From: the human T2T-CHM13v2.0 reference genome, Homo sapiens
Assembly (NCBI RefSeq): GCF_009914755.1
Contig: NC_060930.1
Length of the DNA: 64,000 nt
Strand: one strand, 5' to 3'
This document shows positions 11,249-27,492 of the stretch, piece after piece. The notes beneath the pieces were generated by a model. That model was given only the letters and a program-made list of their open reading frames with translations, did not search any database and was not told the DNA's origin. Both the position numbers and the translations under genes were made by a program. Each line of letters begins with the position of its first letter. Position 1 is the stretch's first letter.

Positions 11249-12100
11249 TTTAATGGTATGTGACTCACTCTCTGAGCATCTTTCCCATGCAACCTTCAGG
11301 GAAGGAAGTGATGAGTGCTTCATTTTCAAAGGAAGAGATTATAATCAGCTGGGAAGCCTTCATGTGAAGCTGACGAAGTCAGACCTTGAGAGATGGGCAT
11401 GACTTGGGCCAGTGGAGCAGAGAATAGAACATTTCAGGAGAAGGACTGGCATGAGCAGAGGCACAGAGGTGGGCCACATGAGGCTTTTTTAGGCAATGGC
11501 AAATGGATCAACCTGGCTGCAGTGGATGGCTCCCATGGAGGAGCTATGGAGACAAGGTGAACAAAGGTGAAAACACCAGACCCTAAGGAGTAGCCCCTCA
11601 CCCTGAGGCAATGCCACACCCCATCAGGGCCAAAGAGCTTTTTAGAAAGATTAATCCATTTGTAGTGGATGGAATGGAACAGGGAAATGGCCAAGTACGT
11701 AAAAGAGGCTAGAGAAGTCTAGGCAAAAGAGGATGCCCTGAAATCAGAGTTCTATGCTGTTCTATTTGCCACTCTACAACCAGTGTAGATCCCAGGGCCA
11801 GGCACAGGGTAGGTGCTCTGTAAATATTCAGCAAGTGAGGGAATGGACATGGGTTCTTTAAAAGATACATAAGGAAGTATGAGGAGTCTTGGTGATTTGG
11901 GAATCCATCTTGCTATTCTTCAGAGTCTAGCAATACCCTGCACTGATGAGAGGTCTCTTGTATTGGTCTTGACCAGGCTGACAGGACATGGACAAAAGCG
12001 AAGTAGGATTCCAACCAGGGAATGGCTGGAGATGTGCTGGTTGTCTGAACACAGGGTGACTTCTCAGGTAACATGCATTTTATAAGACAACAAAGCCACA

Positions 12101-12187
12101 GTGGTATAATGGAAAGAACCATCAAGGGCAAGGTGGTATAATAGAAAGAAACCATCAAGGGCAACGTGGTGTAATGGAAAGAACCAT
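12101..12187. repeat. 32-33 bp tandem repeat, about 2.7 copies
   Basis: gtggt(a/g)taat(g/a)gaaagaa(a)ccat at 12101, 12133 and 12166. Confidence 0.9.
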
Positions 12188-14829
12188 ATTGACCTCAGTT
12201 TTTGGTCCTGCCCTTCAAATAAGTATGTATGTGACACTGAGCCAATAAGGTGCTTTCTACAGCTAATTTTTAGCACAGCTATACATTTCTATGACTCTAC
12301 ATTATCTCTCAAACAAATCTAAGCAAGACCCACAAGGCCAAAATCCTTAGTATGTCTGTTCCTTGAACCTTAGCTATTTCACAAAAATATACCCTAACAC
12401 CACAGTATACATGGGCAGGGCTCACTTGAGGAGTAGACTGCAGTCTGATTCAAGTCCAAGTTGTTCCAAGTCCGTGATTAGTCTCCTGGGTAGCCCACAG
12501 CCTTGGTAGTGTCACTTTCTACAATTCATTATGTAACAACAACAAATTGGTAAATGCTGACAATATAGTTCATCATTGCATAAATATAGATTGTCCTTAT
12601 ATCTGTTCTGATGGAGAGTAAAGCTCAATGATTCTGCTCATTAATCTTGTTGAGTGGGGGTACAGATGGGCAAAGAGAGGTGGATGCAAGAGCTTGATTT
12701 ACTTTTACAATGACAGGAAAAAAAGAACGAATAGCCTATGGGTCTGTTGTCCAACCAAAAGCATCTGTTAACATTAAAGATCACATACTTCAAGTTACCT
12801 TCCAGCAAAAAGGAAACACAGAACTTGAACAAGAAGCCAGATGACCAAAATGTCCCTTAACTTCTTATAGTTTTTTCTTATAATTAGCACCTGTTCATGA
12901 AATTGGAGAACATTTCAAATCTGGGTAGCTTAAGAATGAAGCACATAAAATTAAATCCTTCCGGATAAAGACTCACACTATGGTGACTTTGTCTTGGTTA
13001 TTTTGTTTGCATAACCCGCCTTGGGAAAGTAAAGCAGGGGCATATTCTAGGGCTCTAAATCAAATTAACACCTACAAAATGTTGATGCCCAGTTATATGC
13101 TGTCAGGCAACTGCCCAAGACTCCAGATAGCAATGTCCATTCATGCCCCTGTAAGAGGTACCTGGATGGAATGACTTATTTTACAACTTCATTTTCAAAG
13201 TTGGTTCTCCACATACTTGTATTCCAAGTAATATAAAATTAAAAACATATATTAATCTACATTCTCATAACTTAATCATCCTTTGAGAGAAAATACATCA
13301 CACTTGGTACTGTACAGTAAGATAGATTGTTCATAGAAAAAAATTCAAATACATTTCTTTTCTACTAAAATGTGGTGGGAAAAGGACAACCCATGCTTTG
13401 TGGAGACAGGTCTGCAGTCCACCTGTTCATTATATTCATATTTTCAGTCCAGGAGTCTCCCTAGTCACACAGAAATGCCACCAGTTGGCCTTAAAACACA
13501 CTTGCTAGAGAGAGGGGAGGCAAACAGTCCTCCCAAATGATGCTGCAGCCTCAAACAGGCTTATCCATTCATATCTTCTCCACCACATTCTTATTAGGCA
13601 TCAAACAGTCCCTTTAAATAAGAATGGTTTTAATAAGATATTAACAACTAAGTTTCCCATGGAATAAGAATTTCTAACTTAGGGTATCTCAGCACGTATT
13701 CCCAGTTACATATGCCCTACACAATTGCTTAAGTGGTAAGCAGTCTGAAAAACTCTCCTCCCTTTACCTCTTTGTGAATCTACAGCAGTCTTTTAAGATT
13801 GTTTTGCAAATGCTATATTCAAAAAGAGGTTTTTTTTTTTTCAAGTAAAGTGCATGGATTTCTCAGAAGTTGCTGTATTTTAAGAAGTGCCTCTTTAACC
13901 CCATAATGAGCAATCCTTATGTTGGTCAGAAGCAAAGCAGTTTTGTTTGCAATTGTAAATCTTGGCTCTCCTAGCCCAAATCTCACAGCCATCACCGAGG
14001 ATCTCTGCCCCATATTTCCCTGGAAAATGTCCTAAGTCAAAACAACAACAACAACAACAACTTCATCTTTAGAAATAGGGTGCCTTCACAAATATGGGTA
14101 AGCCAACAGTTCATCGAATACTATAGGGAAAGAGAGAGAGAACGGGGATGAGACAGCAAAAACATTAAGACTTGTTCTCAGCATTGCTCTCCTCTCACTG
14201 GGCAGTGGCTGAAAACACCAGAAAAGTTGCATTAATAAAACTGCATATAGTCTAACACTGCACAGAGTGCTTTGATACAAGTATCCTCTTGCTACTTCAT
14301 CTTTTCAATACATCTTTGCAAGGTTTGTTTTCAAAAAGACATTACAAGTTGGCAGGCTTCTGCTTATAAAAATCAATGAAATACTTTCCCTTCAACTCTA
14401 TGAAACCTGCCATATACCTGAGATTTATTCTTCTCAAATAAATCAAACATAGGCAACGTAACACTCTGGAGTCAACACAGAACATGCCAGGGTGAGTTCA
14501 GGCAATGAAAGAACCACTTTTCTGCAAATACATGGTAGAATTGAAGACTGTTTGTAGCTGTCGATAATTTGTAAAAACATTTCCAATGTTCTTTGAACAA
14601 AAGATTTTGATTCAGCCAAGATTACAGAAAGGAATCATGACAAAGTCCTAAGTGTACCTTTGTGTGTATTTCATCTGCTCAGCTTTTGCAGGTGACTGTG
14701 GTGGTGGTTGCCTGGATATGGAATTCCTTTGCCCTCAAATCTTCACATGCATGAAGTGCAATAAAGAATAAAATGCTGTGTTTATGTCGCACCACTTCTA
14801 AGAGGTTTAAAGCGCCGTACGAATGTTAC

Positions 14830-14980
14830 CACATGAATCCCCACAACACCCCTGTGAGGTAGGTAGGTGGAGAGTATTGTCATCCCCACTTTACAGGTGG
14901 GAGAAATGAGGCACCCAATAGTTAATAAGAGATTTGCTCAAAATCACACAGCTAGTCACTGGCAGGGCTTAGAATAAAAT
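14830..14980 (-). mobile_element. MIR SINE in the FAXC 3' UTR
   Basis: acaacacccctgtgaggtagg...atccccactttacaggtgggagaaatgaggcac...ttgctcaaaatcacacagctagt. Confidence 0.8.
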
Positions 14981-15529
14981 GTATACTGATTAGCACCTAG
15001 CACAGTGCTTTGCACATAGTAGGTGTTCGTTTAATATCTGTGGATTTTATTTGACTTATGTCTCAACATACAATATACACACATAAAGTACAAGCAGCCA
15101 CCGTAAAACATTTTTCTGATGATATCTCTCATTACTTCAAATCCTGGTGGAGGAAGGAGGTTCAAGAATCCATCTCACAATTAAGACCTCAGGGTTGAAG
15201 AGGATCATCATAAAAACTATCAGCTGACAACCAGCTCTTACACCTGCTCTACCACACAATATTATTAATAGTTTTCTAATGAAAACAAAAATGGATTTCA
15301 GGAACCATGCTGACATTATTTTTTGCCTGTTTGTTTTCAATGGAGTCATCTGAATGGTTCTGTGTTTTGTTTGTACAAAAAAGAAATAAGGCTGCTATAG
15401 TCCAGTTAGCATGTGAAAACTCTGCCAAGCACGAAGATCTCCTCCCAGCTCGGATGGATTGCTACCTGGGAAAATGGACCGACCCAGGGAGTGGCAGGTC
15501 CCAAGGAAGAGGGTCAGTGAGGCTGGACG

Positions 15530-16273
<744 letters not shown>

Positions 16274-17149
16274 ATCCAGCCACTAGGCTTTCTGGGAAAC
16301 TGGAATAATGGGGAAGGTAAACATTAACAGTATTTTTCCATAGAGATACTGTGAAAATATTTAGGTTTTTATGCACATAATAAAAACGGTAAGTGAGAAA
16401 AGTTACATTCAGTGAGTGTGCTGAATGAAATGAAGAAGTGAGTCTGATGATGATGAGAAGTGGCAAGGTAGTTTATCCAAAATGGCAGATAAACTACCAT
16501 CATTTGGCTTTAGGAAGCATTTTATTATTTTATGTTTACATATCAAGAGAGCTAATGCTGTGATTGGTTCATATATAAATTAATTTATATTCCATAAAAA
16601 TACGTCAAACTGTTGGTTGCATTAAGTCAGCCAGAAGTAATCATTTACTCCACAAATTTTCGCAGTGTTGCTGTGGGCTGAGTACCATGCCAAGCAGCTG
16701 AAAAAAGTTATGTTAGGACATAAACCTTTCCCCCCAAAAAATCCATAAAATGGATAACTCAGAATTGTCTTTATGGATAAGTGTGCCTGCAAACACACTT
16801 AGTATAAGATATTTTTAAATTTTTACATGAAATTGAACAGCGGTACTCAGGATCCGGGTCCCACTCGGTCACTAGATTACTTCTTTTTTATGTGAATCAA
16901 AAGAACTCTTGTGTTAAGTCACTATTACTGTCTAGGCATTTGTCTGAAACATGCCACTCTACCTGGCCTTCATTTCCTAATTCCAAATGAAAAAGAAAGA
17001 GGGTGAGTTTCTCCCTGTGATCCAGCAGATGGCAACATTGCTTATAAATATATGATTTGCTACTATCTCTTATAGGACATTATTACTCTAAGAATGTCTT
17101 TGGATTTGAGTTATATAAACATTCACTTATTGTGTAAACAATCCATGTT

Positions 17150-17770
17150 TTAGTGCAGAAAATTAGAAAAAACAGATAAGCAAAAAATAAAAGCATTACC
17201 AATAATCGCATTCCCCATAACATTTTCATTTATGTTCTTCCAGAAAGGTACATATTTACATATACATTTACATATATTTACATGTGCTATATAGGATTTA
17301 CTATATATTCTTTTTCCTATCCTATGTTTTTCCACTTAACAACGTATAATAAAAATCTTTGAATGTCACACTCTGATCACAGTGATAAGTGCACACTATG
17401 TTATATGGCTGTACCATAGCTTCAGTTTGTCTTTATGAATCCCCTATCACAGGTCGTTTAGGTTGTTTCCATATTAATGGTTCTGTTGATTATAGTCTGT
17501 CACTACTCTATCTTATTTTTCTGTTAAGGAAAATAACATATTCTCATTTTGGAAAATTAGAATTAGTCTGTATAGACAAACTGTACAAATACATAAAGAA
17601 GAAAACAAAAAGTACCCATGATTTCATCGATCCAAGATAATCACAATTAACATTTTGGTGTAACTTCTTTCAGTATTTTTTCTATTTACCTATTGCCATT
17701 ATTATTACATATTATCTCCTGTAACATTATTGTAAACATTTTCTCATGTTAAAATTTTTCAAAACTTGAT
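17150..17770 (-). mobile_element. Old L1M 3' fragments
   Basis: AT-rich text such as ggtcgtttaggttgtttccata, typical of antisense L1ME. Confidence 0.45.
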
Positions 17771-18920
17771 TGCTGTTTTACTTACATCCCCTGCAAAACA
17801 TAACAAAGCAAATCCCCCTGCTTCATGGATCCCATGGACATGTACTGGCTCCAGGTCACCATTTCCAGTCTTCTCAAATTATAACAGCTCAACCCCCACT
17901 ATGTAAAAATCTATTCTCTTCTAGAAGATATCTGTGCACATGCTCAGGAGCCAGAAACTGAGAAGTCAACACCATTGCTCCTTTTGAGGAGATGCAGCAT
18001 GGAAAACCTTCACTTACTTTCTCCCTTATGGGGACAGTCATGAAACGCCTCACCAGGTATTGCTGCCAATCCCAGGGGACCAAGAATTGAATAAAGATGT
18101 GAGGGCAGCAGCAAGAGAAAAAAAAAATATCTAATTGGGGAGGTAAAGAGACATCAAAGATGAAATACAGTCACTTCACAGTAGGACCTGGGGACAGCCC
18201 TGTTTGACTCAATCAAATCCATTCCTTACTAGCTTTTCCTACAGAAAATCAGAATCTATTCACAAGATCCACAGGATCTATGAATATCACTTCATTGATG
18301 GCCTTTCTTTCTACAGGCTTGTTTCTTCACCTTTCTCCAGAAGAGGTGTCTGCTCTGTGATCATGTGACATTAATACCACTTCAGTATGCAATAATAAAA
18401 AGTAATAATCATAATAGCAGACAGTTACATAGTCCTGACTGTGTGCCAGGCATGTAAAGTGCTTCACTCACCTGTTGAATTCATATTAACCTCGTTAGTC
18501 CTCATGCCCTTCACCTCCACTCAACTCTCTACTGATGAGCTGACAGCATGGCCTGGGAATTAATAGTATTGCACTACCTGTCATGGAATATTTTTCTGTA
18601 ATTATTCTTGAGGTCTCAAGACTTATGAGGAGACAGGTGCCACCCCTTAATGGCAATGAGCTATCATAAAAGAAGTGATCATTCCAACATGTAGTTGAGA
18701 AAGGGTTTGCTTTGATGAGCAAGAGCTGGGAGCCCACACACTCCTCAATTCCTGCCCATGATAAAGAGTGAAACAGAGAGTGGACATCTATAGTTGGGTT
18801 TTATCTTTTTCTGGCTTTGCCTATCCCTTTCTGTGGCTAGATTCACCATCAGCTGAGCCACTTAACATGCTACTGGACAAAAGAACAGAAAAAGTTGGCA
18901 GCAGAAACAGGTTGTGTGGA

Positions 18921-18926
<6 letters not shown>

Positions 18927-18963
<37 letters not shown>
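18927..18963. repeat. (GT)n microsatellite
   Basis: Directly visible. Confidence 0.95.
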
Positions 18964-18965
<2 letters not shown>

Positions 18966-18992
18966 ATAAGCCTGTGTTAATATAAATGCCTA

Positions 18993-19293
<301 letters not shown>

Positions 19294-19339
19294 GCCTATA
19301 CAGAAGACATAAGTTTGCAAAATAATAGAAAAACTGCAT

Positions 19340-20045
19340 TTCTTCAAAGTGTACTCAACAATCGGATAACAGTTTCATCTACTTGACTGGTAAAAAAAAA
19401 AAAAGTCTGATAACATCCAATGCTGATGAGGATGTGGAGGGTCAGGCATTGTACTACATGGCTGGCAGAGGCATACATTGCTATAACCTGTTTTGGAAAG
19501 TAATCTGATGTTATCTATCAAAAATTTAAATGTGCATATCTCTTGGCCCAGGATTTCACTTTTAGTACTCTATTCAACTATAATAAAAGCAGTGGTATGT
19601 AAAGATATATGTACATGGATATCAAATGAAGCTTTTTTAAGCAAAAAAAGAGAAGTAAATGATGAAAACAGCCTGAATCTCCATCAATAGGTATTGATGA
19701 AATAAATTAAGGTGCATCTATGCTATAGAATATTGTGAAGCTGTTAAAATGATATGATATTCTGTTAAGTGAAAAAAACAAGTTATAGATAATGTGTATA
19801 GTATAATTCCATTTAGTTTAAAAACAGTGAAAACAAACAAACTGAAACACCTAGATATGCTATGCAAATCTGTACATGAAAAAGGCACAAAAGGATTTAC
19901 ATTAAATCCTTAATATTGATTATTCTGTGGAAATAATATTGGACATGGATGAGGAGAAGGCCATAAACTTTTTAAACTATACCTTTGTAATTCAACTTAC
20001 TGTAACCATCATGTATTACTTTTCAAATTTAAAAATCCAATAAAA
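19340..20045 (+). mobile_element. L1ME-type 3' region
   Basis: tctgataacatccaatgctgatgaggatgtggag...gaatattgtgaagctgttaaaa. Confidence 0.7.
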
Positions 20046-21179
20046 TCAATTGGTAAGAAACAAAGTGATATTCTCAGACAACTTGAGAGGATATTTATCA
20101 GAAAGCCGAATGCCCCCCTACCCAGAAGATAATCCCAGATAGAATAAAGAACCTTTCTGTTAAAGTTTCTCAAATGGAAATGCCCTCCCTGCTCTTCAAA
20201 TAAAGTGATGTATTTTATATTCCTGTATTCCTCTAATTTCTCTAATAATCAAAACATTCTGTACAACTTGATGCTGAAAACATTGTCAACCAAACCCAGA
20301 ATCCAGAAGTAAGGTTCTCCCAGCTGCCAATCATACAAGGCAGGAATGTGGGTGAGAGAGAAGCATGCCAATGTCTCGCAGCAGCACCTGCCAGCCCTTG
20401 GTCACGAACCAGCAATAACTTGGAAAACAGAGGCCAACATCCAAACACACTCATTTGCTCTACAGGTATTTACTCAGCACCTCCCTGTTCCAGATCCATG
20501 CTAGGCGCTGACTACACCCTTGGTTGCTCCTTTTAGCATCTGTCATGCAGGCATGGAGGACACTGAGCATATATCCTCTTCAGAAAAGTTCCTAAAATAC
20601 TTGAATACTGTAATGAAAACACCCCCTTTGCCTTGTCTCCTCGAAGCTAAAAAATATTAATTCACAGATCTCCAAATACAAAAACAGGCCAAGGTAATTC
20701 GTTCCAGCCCTTTCCTGAAACCCAAATCTCCTCACGACAACCTCTTCCTGAACACTTCCCTCCAGATGGAGAATAGTAAGAGTGCAGGAGTGAGGAGATA
20801 TTTACATGCTGGTCAAGGAGATGCAGCATTTTTTCCACTTTTTAATCTATCAAGTATTAAGTAAAAAGGACATTCAATAAAATAAATAATTGCTGGTGAA
20901 AGTTGCTGAATGAGGTTTTTCCTAGAGCACAGAAGGTTGAGCTCCTCCTAATTCAGAAAATAGCATTAAGGTCTGTGGTTTTGATAGGACTCTGGAGGAC
21001 ATGCAGACACGCTGCAGAGCTCTTGACCCATCATGGCTTCAATTTCACTTTTCTCAGCTTTCTTAAGCTCTCCACATCTGTTTTAAGGAGTGCCCCAATC
21101 CACATGCAATTCTCTGATAAGATCCCTGATGAAAATATCAAATCTAACTCCACATTAGGAATGTTGCTAATAATAAAAC

Positions 21180-21790
21180 TGAGATTTTTTTCAGTATAAA
21201 ATGGCAAAAATTTCAAAATAAATTATATTCAACCCTAATCAAGGAGCAAAAATTGGAAGTACTTTCAGACTTTGCTCATGAGAATATAAATTGTATAATC
21301 TTTCTAGAAAGCAATTTAGCCATGTAGACCAAGAGCTTATGCCCTTTGAGACAGTAATTGCCGAGCAAGAAATGTAGCCTAAGGAAATAATCAGAGATGA
21401 GCAAGAGTATATATTTATAACAATATTCACTATAGAATATTAGTAAAAGTTATTTAAAACAACCCACAAGTCCAGAAATAGATTAATCACATAAATTACC
21501 ATGTAGCCATAGGATAGGATATTATGCAACTATTAAAAATACCATTTTGAAGAATATTTCATGACAAGGGAAATGGCCAAAATACAGTTAATTTTAAAAC
21601 TTTAGGTTATAATTGTATCAACATTATGATCCCAGCTTAAAAAATATATATATACATACTTACATTTGATAAAAGATTACATACATACCACAATATCAGC
21701 AATTGTTCTCTGTGAAAAATGGTGTCACAAGTTATTTTTTATTCTTTTAAAACTTTTCTATCTTTTCTAAATTTTCTTCAGGAAGCAAAT
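21180..21790 (+). mobile_element. L1ME-type fragment
   Basis: aattgtataatctttctagaaagcaattt...ggatattatgcaactattaaaaa. Confidence 0.6.
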
Positions 21791-23214
21791 TATTATTCAT
21801 ATTTATATGTCTATCTAGATAGACATATGCATACATATGTATATTCAAAGCCTGTCCTCCTGCTCATCTAACTGAAGGAAAACTTCATACTATTCTACAT
21901 GGTTCCAGAAGTAGCTTGTGTGGCTTTATAAATAATATGTTGGACCAAAAAACTAATATTCATCCAAACACACTCACAATGAGGCAAGGCCAGTGGTGCT
22001 TCTGCCGTTCCAAAGCTAAAGCAGAAAACTGCCTGAATCCGAGCCACTTACATGCCTGGGTTTCACCCAGTTCTAAAATCTCCAGGCTACTTGTTTCTAC
22101 TTAACCCTTCTCATGTTACTTCTTGAGAAAGTCTCTACCACAGAGACAGCAAAGGCAGGGAAAGAGGTTGAGAGCAAATTACAGCAGTAGTAGTTTGGCT
22201 GCATGTTATCAGCTCCCCTCCAAAGATTTAGAAGGGGTATGGAACTAATGCCTAAAATGGGATTTAGAGATCCCTGTGGACTTTAATAATTCATGCTACA
22301 CCAGCACCCAGGGAAAGCTGGAAGCTACTTTAAGAATCAAAGTACATACAACAATGTGCCAAAAGCCCCGTGCAGATGATGGTGTCAGATTCCCCAGATG
22401 TGCATGAGGCCCAAAATCAATCCTCCAAAAGGCTGATCATTTCTTTTAAAAGAACACTAAATGCCTCAAGTCCTTTCAGGAAGTAATAGAGAAAAGGGCC
22501 AAATCACAACAAAAAATGCATCATTTCTGAAAGAAAAAATTCTGTAGAGTCTGTGAGTTCTACTGATAATGGGGTCCCTAAATACTTCAGACTAAGTAAC
22601 AGATGACCACAACAGTGTGTGTGTGCACATTTGTATGTGTATGTACACACATATGTGTGTATGTAGGGATGTGTTTGGGTAGAAGTGTAGGTATATCTGT
22701 ACAAGTGAGTGTGTGGGGGGTTGTATAGAGCATGTGAGTAGATGTGAGTGTGTATATACATGTGGGTGTGTAAGGGTGGTATGGTAGGAGAACGGAGGGA
22801 ATAAAGTAGGAAATAATAGGAACAGAGAATGGATATAAAACACAGCCCTAAATGAACTAAAAGGAATCAACATCTTTTAGACGACTATGGAAAATGTGAT
22901 TAAATTAAAGGGAAACTAATATTTTAAATGCCACGAACCTCACCAATGTGATAACATATTTAGTTTAGAGAAGTTCCAATGTATTGCAAAACAAGGAACA
23001 TCCTCATAATGACCATTTAGGAAATTAAATGACAGTCCATACTATCCCTAGTCCCACCCAGCTGAACTTCCAGAAAACCTTCGATCAATGCCTGACCCAT
23101 TCCAATGAAGTCTGATAATGTATCTGGAGCTCTGTCCCCACCAATAAGAGGATCTGGAGAGTGAGAGCTGCTGGCGTCAGCCTGGTCTAACCTCCTGGGC
23201 ATGCACATGAATTG

Positions 23215-23219
23215 ACACA

Positions 23220-23268
<49 letters not shown>
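23215..23268. repeat. (CA)n microsatellite
   Basis: Directly visible. Confidence 0.95.
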
Positions 23269-23272
<4 letters not shown>

Positions 23273-23366
23273 CTGCAGGCTCCACCACTTCCCCACCCAT
23301 CTACATGACCACCACACATGACTGCTTGCCTGCCTCAGTTTCTTGTATGATTCTGCCTTGCTTGGT

Positions 23367-23445
23367 TCCATCCATCCATCCATTCACCCATCCATCTGTC
23401 CATCCATTTATCCATCCATCCATTGACCCATCCAGCTATCCATCC
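23367..23445. repeat. (TCCA)n repeat, likely an L2 tail
   Basis: ccatccatcc units followed by catttattaagagcattctatgtgc. Confidence 0.8.
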
Positions 23446-23682
23446 GACATTTATTAAGAGCATTCTATGTGCTATTCTACTGGTCTCTCATCTACATACC
23501 CAGCCTGCTCAGTTGGGCATAAACATTTTGATTAATTCTTGTCAACCCTCCTCCCCAAACCTAAATATTGAACTTTGATCCCCACATCCCTGGCCCCCAG
23601 GCACTTCCTTAGGTACTGCCTCAAACAGTTCCCATGCAACTATGCAGGGGAAGCCTCTCCCAGAGGCCCTGGCTGCCACATA

Positions 23683-24066
23683 CAGATGCTCCTCGACTTA
23701 CGTGGGGATACATCTCCATAAACCCATTGAAAGCTAAAAATATCATAAGTCAGCTGGGCACAGTGGTTCATACCTGTTATCTCAGCTACTTGGGAGACTG
23801 AGGTAGGAGGATCACTTGAGGCCAGGATGTCAAGACCAGCCTGGGCAACACAGGAAGACCTCATTTATTTTTAAAAAAAAATTTTTTAATTAGCTGGACA
23901 TGATGTCTCACTCATGAAGTCCCAGCTACTCAGTAGGTTGAGACAGGAGGATTACTTGAACCCAGGAGTTTGAGATTACAGTAAGCCATAATCATGCCAC
24001 TTCACTCTAGCCTAGGCAACAGAGCAAGACCCCATTAAAATATATATGTATATGTAAATGTACATA

Positions 24067-24114
<48 letters not shown>

Positions 24115-24459
24115 GTCCAAAATGCACTTAACACCTCTAACCTGCCAAACATCATACATTAGTTTAGCTTACCTTAAACGTGCTCAGAACACTTACATTA
24201 ACCTACAGTAAGGCAAAATCATCTGGCAACACAGCACACTATACAGTATCAGTTATTTACCCTCATGATTATATGGCTGATTGGGAACTATGGCTCAGTG
24301 CCACCACTCGGCACCAGAAGAGAGTACTGCACCACACATATGGACAGCCCAGGAAGAGATCAAAATTCAAAGTATAGTTTCTACTGAACAAGTATTGTTT
24401 TTCACAACCTCAAAGTTGAACAATCATAAGTCAAACAATGATAAGTCAGGAACCATCTG
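23683..24459 (+). mobile_element. MER47/Tigger5-type TcMar element interrupted by an Alu
   Basis: ta|cagatgctcctcgactta ... taagtcaggaaccatctg|ta; TIRs with TA duplications. Confidence 0.85.
23752..24114 (+). mobile_element. AluJ-type element with (TA)/(TG) microsatellite tail
   Basis: Diverged dimer nested inside MER47. Confidence 0.88.
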
Positions 24460-24481
24460 TATATCCCACCACCCTACCCCA

Positions 24482-24482
<1 letters not shown>

Positions 24483-24527
<45 letters not shown>

Positions 24528-24530
24528 ACA
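24483..24530. repeat. (CA)n microsatellite
   Basis: Directly visible. Confidence 0.95.
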
Positions 24531-24804
24531 CCCCAAGATCTGGTCCCTGGCACATCAATCCAAGGTGAGCTATCTTTCCGTATGCCATTTCCACCATGAA
24601 TTTTACTTCTGGCTACAACCCCACACCCACCCCACACATATATGTTCATCCCCTAGCACTGGTTCTACGTATCCTTGCTCCTTAGCTTCCCCTCTCATAT
24701 CTCTTGTAATTCTGATAGGCCTCACATCCAAGGTACACATTACACAAAAAAAGTACTAAGATTGTGTTTCTTTGGTCAAAATTAACATAAATAATACTTT
24801 GGGC

Positions 24805-25179
<375 letters not shown>

Positions 25180-25198
25180 TTAGCTCTACTAGTTTTGC

Positions 25199-25494
<296 letters not shown>

Positions 25495-26029
25495 GCTCTG
25501 CTACTCTTAGTGAATGATCTATAGCCACTCTGTTAGAACAGGAGGAAAGAGTGGCTTGAATGCAAATGGCACAGAATCCTATGTACTTACAGTTACATGT
25601 GCAACATCGAAAAACAGTTTAGACTCAGAGCATCTGAAACAGCCAGTGAGTTCATCAGCGTCAGCCCACCGTAGTTGATGTAGCTGGATATACCAGAAAG
25701 TGGGGAGCCCCCATTGCCCAAAGGAAATTAAGGAAGACCAGCAAAGCAAGGGCACTAGGTGGAATTCAAGCCCTATTTCAGCAACAAATCTTAAGTCCCA
25801 CTATGTAAGCAGATGGAAGAAAAGCGCTAGCATAAAAACATCGCAGGACCTATGTCAGCACTGCTAAGAACATAGTCTGGGCAAGACAGCAGGTGAGAAG
25901 CCCAGTCTCTCTTCCACCCCAAAGTATCCTGAGTACAGAGAACCAACCCTAGCCCTGTACACCATGCCTGGTGTCTCCATAAAGCACACCCAAGACGAAA
26001 GCATTGGTCTAGAATTCTCCACTGTGCTA

Positions 26030-26281
<252 letters not shown>

Positions 26282-26959
26282 CTATTACATATTCCTTTAC
26301 TGATACCAAAAAGCTTTGCAGAATCGAAATACATGCACACCCTTTTGCTTAAAAAAAAATAGAACAAAAGTAAAATGAATTAAGCAATCATGTGATACAT
26401 CAACCCATAGAACAGCAACACAGGGAACATACCAAAATAAGCAGATGAGGGAGGGCATTCATGGAAAAAAGGGAGAACTGATCACCACCAGACCTCTGGG
26501 AACCTTCTTGTCTCAAACTCAAGTAAAGCCTGTGATGCTTAAGAACACCTGGAAGTTTGCTTAAATCATCTCAAAAGTAACCCAAAGCAAGCAAAGCCAA
26601 CATCAGCACTTACATTATTAATTTAAATATATTTCCCCAGGAAAAACAAGAAGCCTAAGCTCCTTAAGAGGTTTGGAGGTGAGGTTTCCCATGACGCTAC
26701 ATGGTCCTGGCAAAGTTCTCACCTCTGAGGATCAGCTTCCATGGAAAACAATAAGTAAAGAGTAGCTATGAGGTCACAGGCTCAGCCCTGGCATCACGAT
26801 CCCATGAAAGGATGTTTCACACTACTGCTCCCATCTCTCCATTTCACACTACTGACTTCATCCAGGCCTTGTCACCGGACTATCACACTCAACCTATTAA
26901 AACTGACCCAAGTCATCTCCCAGGCTACTGTTAGACACTACTGCATATGGAGGGAGCAC

Positions 26960-27140
26960 TAGGGGAGATGGAGCTGCCTAGCTCACATCCTGGCATCACC
27001 GTTATTCACTGTGGGAATCTGATCATCACGTAACCTCTACAGCCTCAGTTTTCCCATCTGGAAATGGGGATGAAACTAAGAGTTTCTATTTCTTTGGGCT
27101 ATTGTGAGGACAAAATGACATAATGTACATTAGCACTCAT
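26960..27140 (+). mobile_element. MIR SINE
   Basis: cctcagttttcccatctggaaatggggatga...gctattgtgaggacaaaatga. Confidence 0.75.
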
Positions 27141-27203
27141 GACAGCCCCTACCTTTCTCCAGTCCTTTCCACATCCCACCTGACACTATCAACTTCCTAA
27201 GAC

Positions 27204-27492
<289 letters not shown>

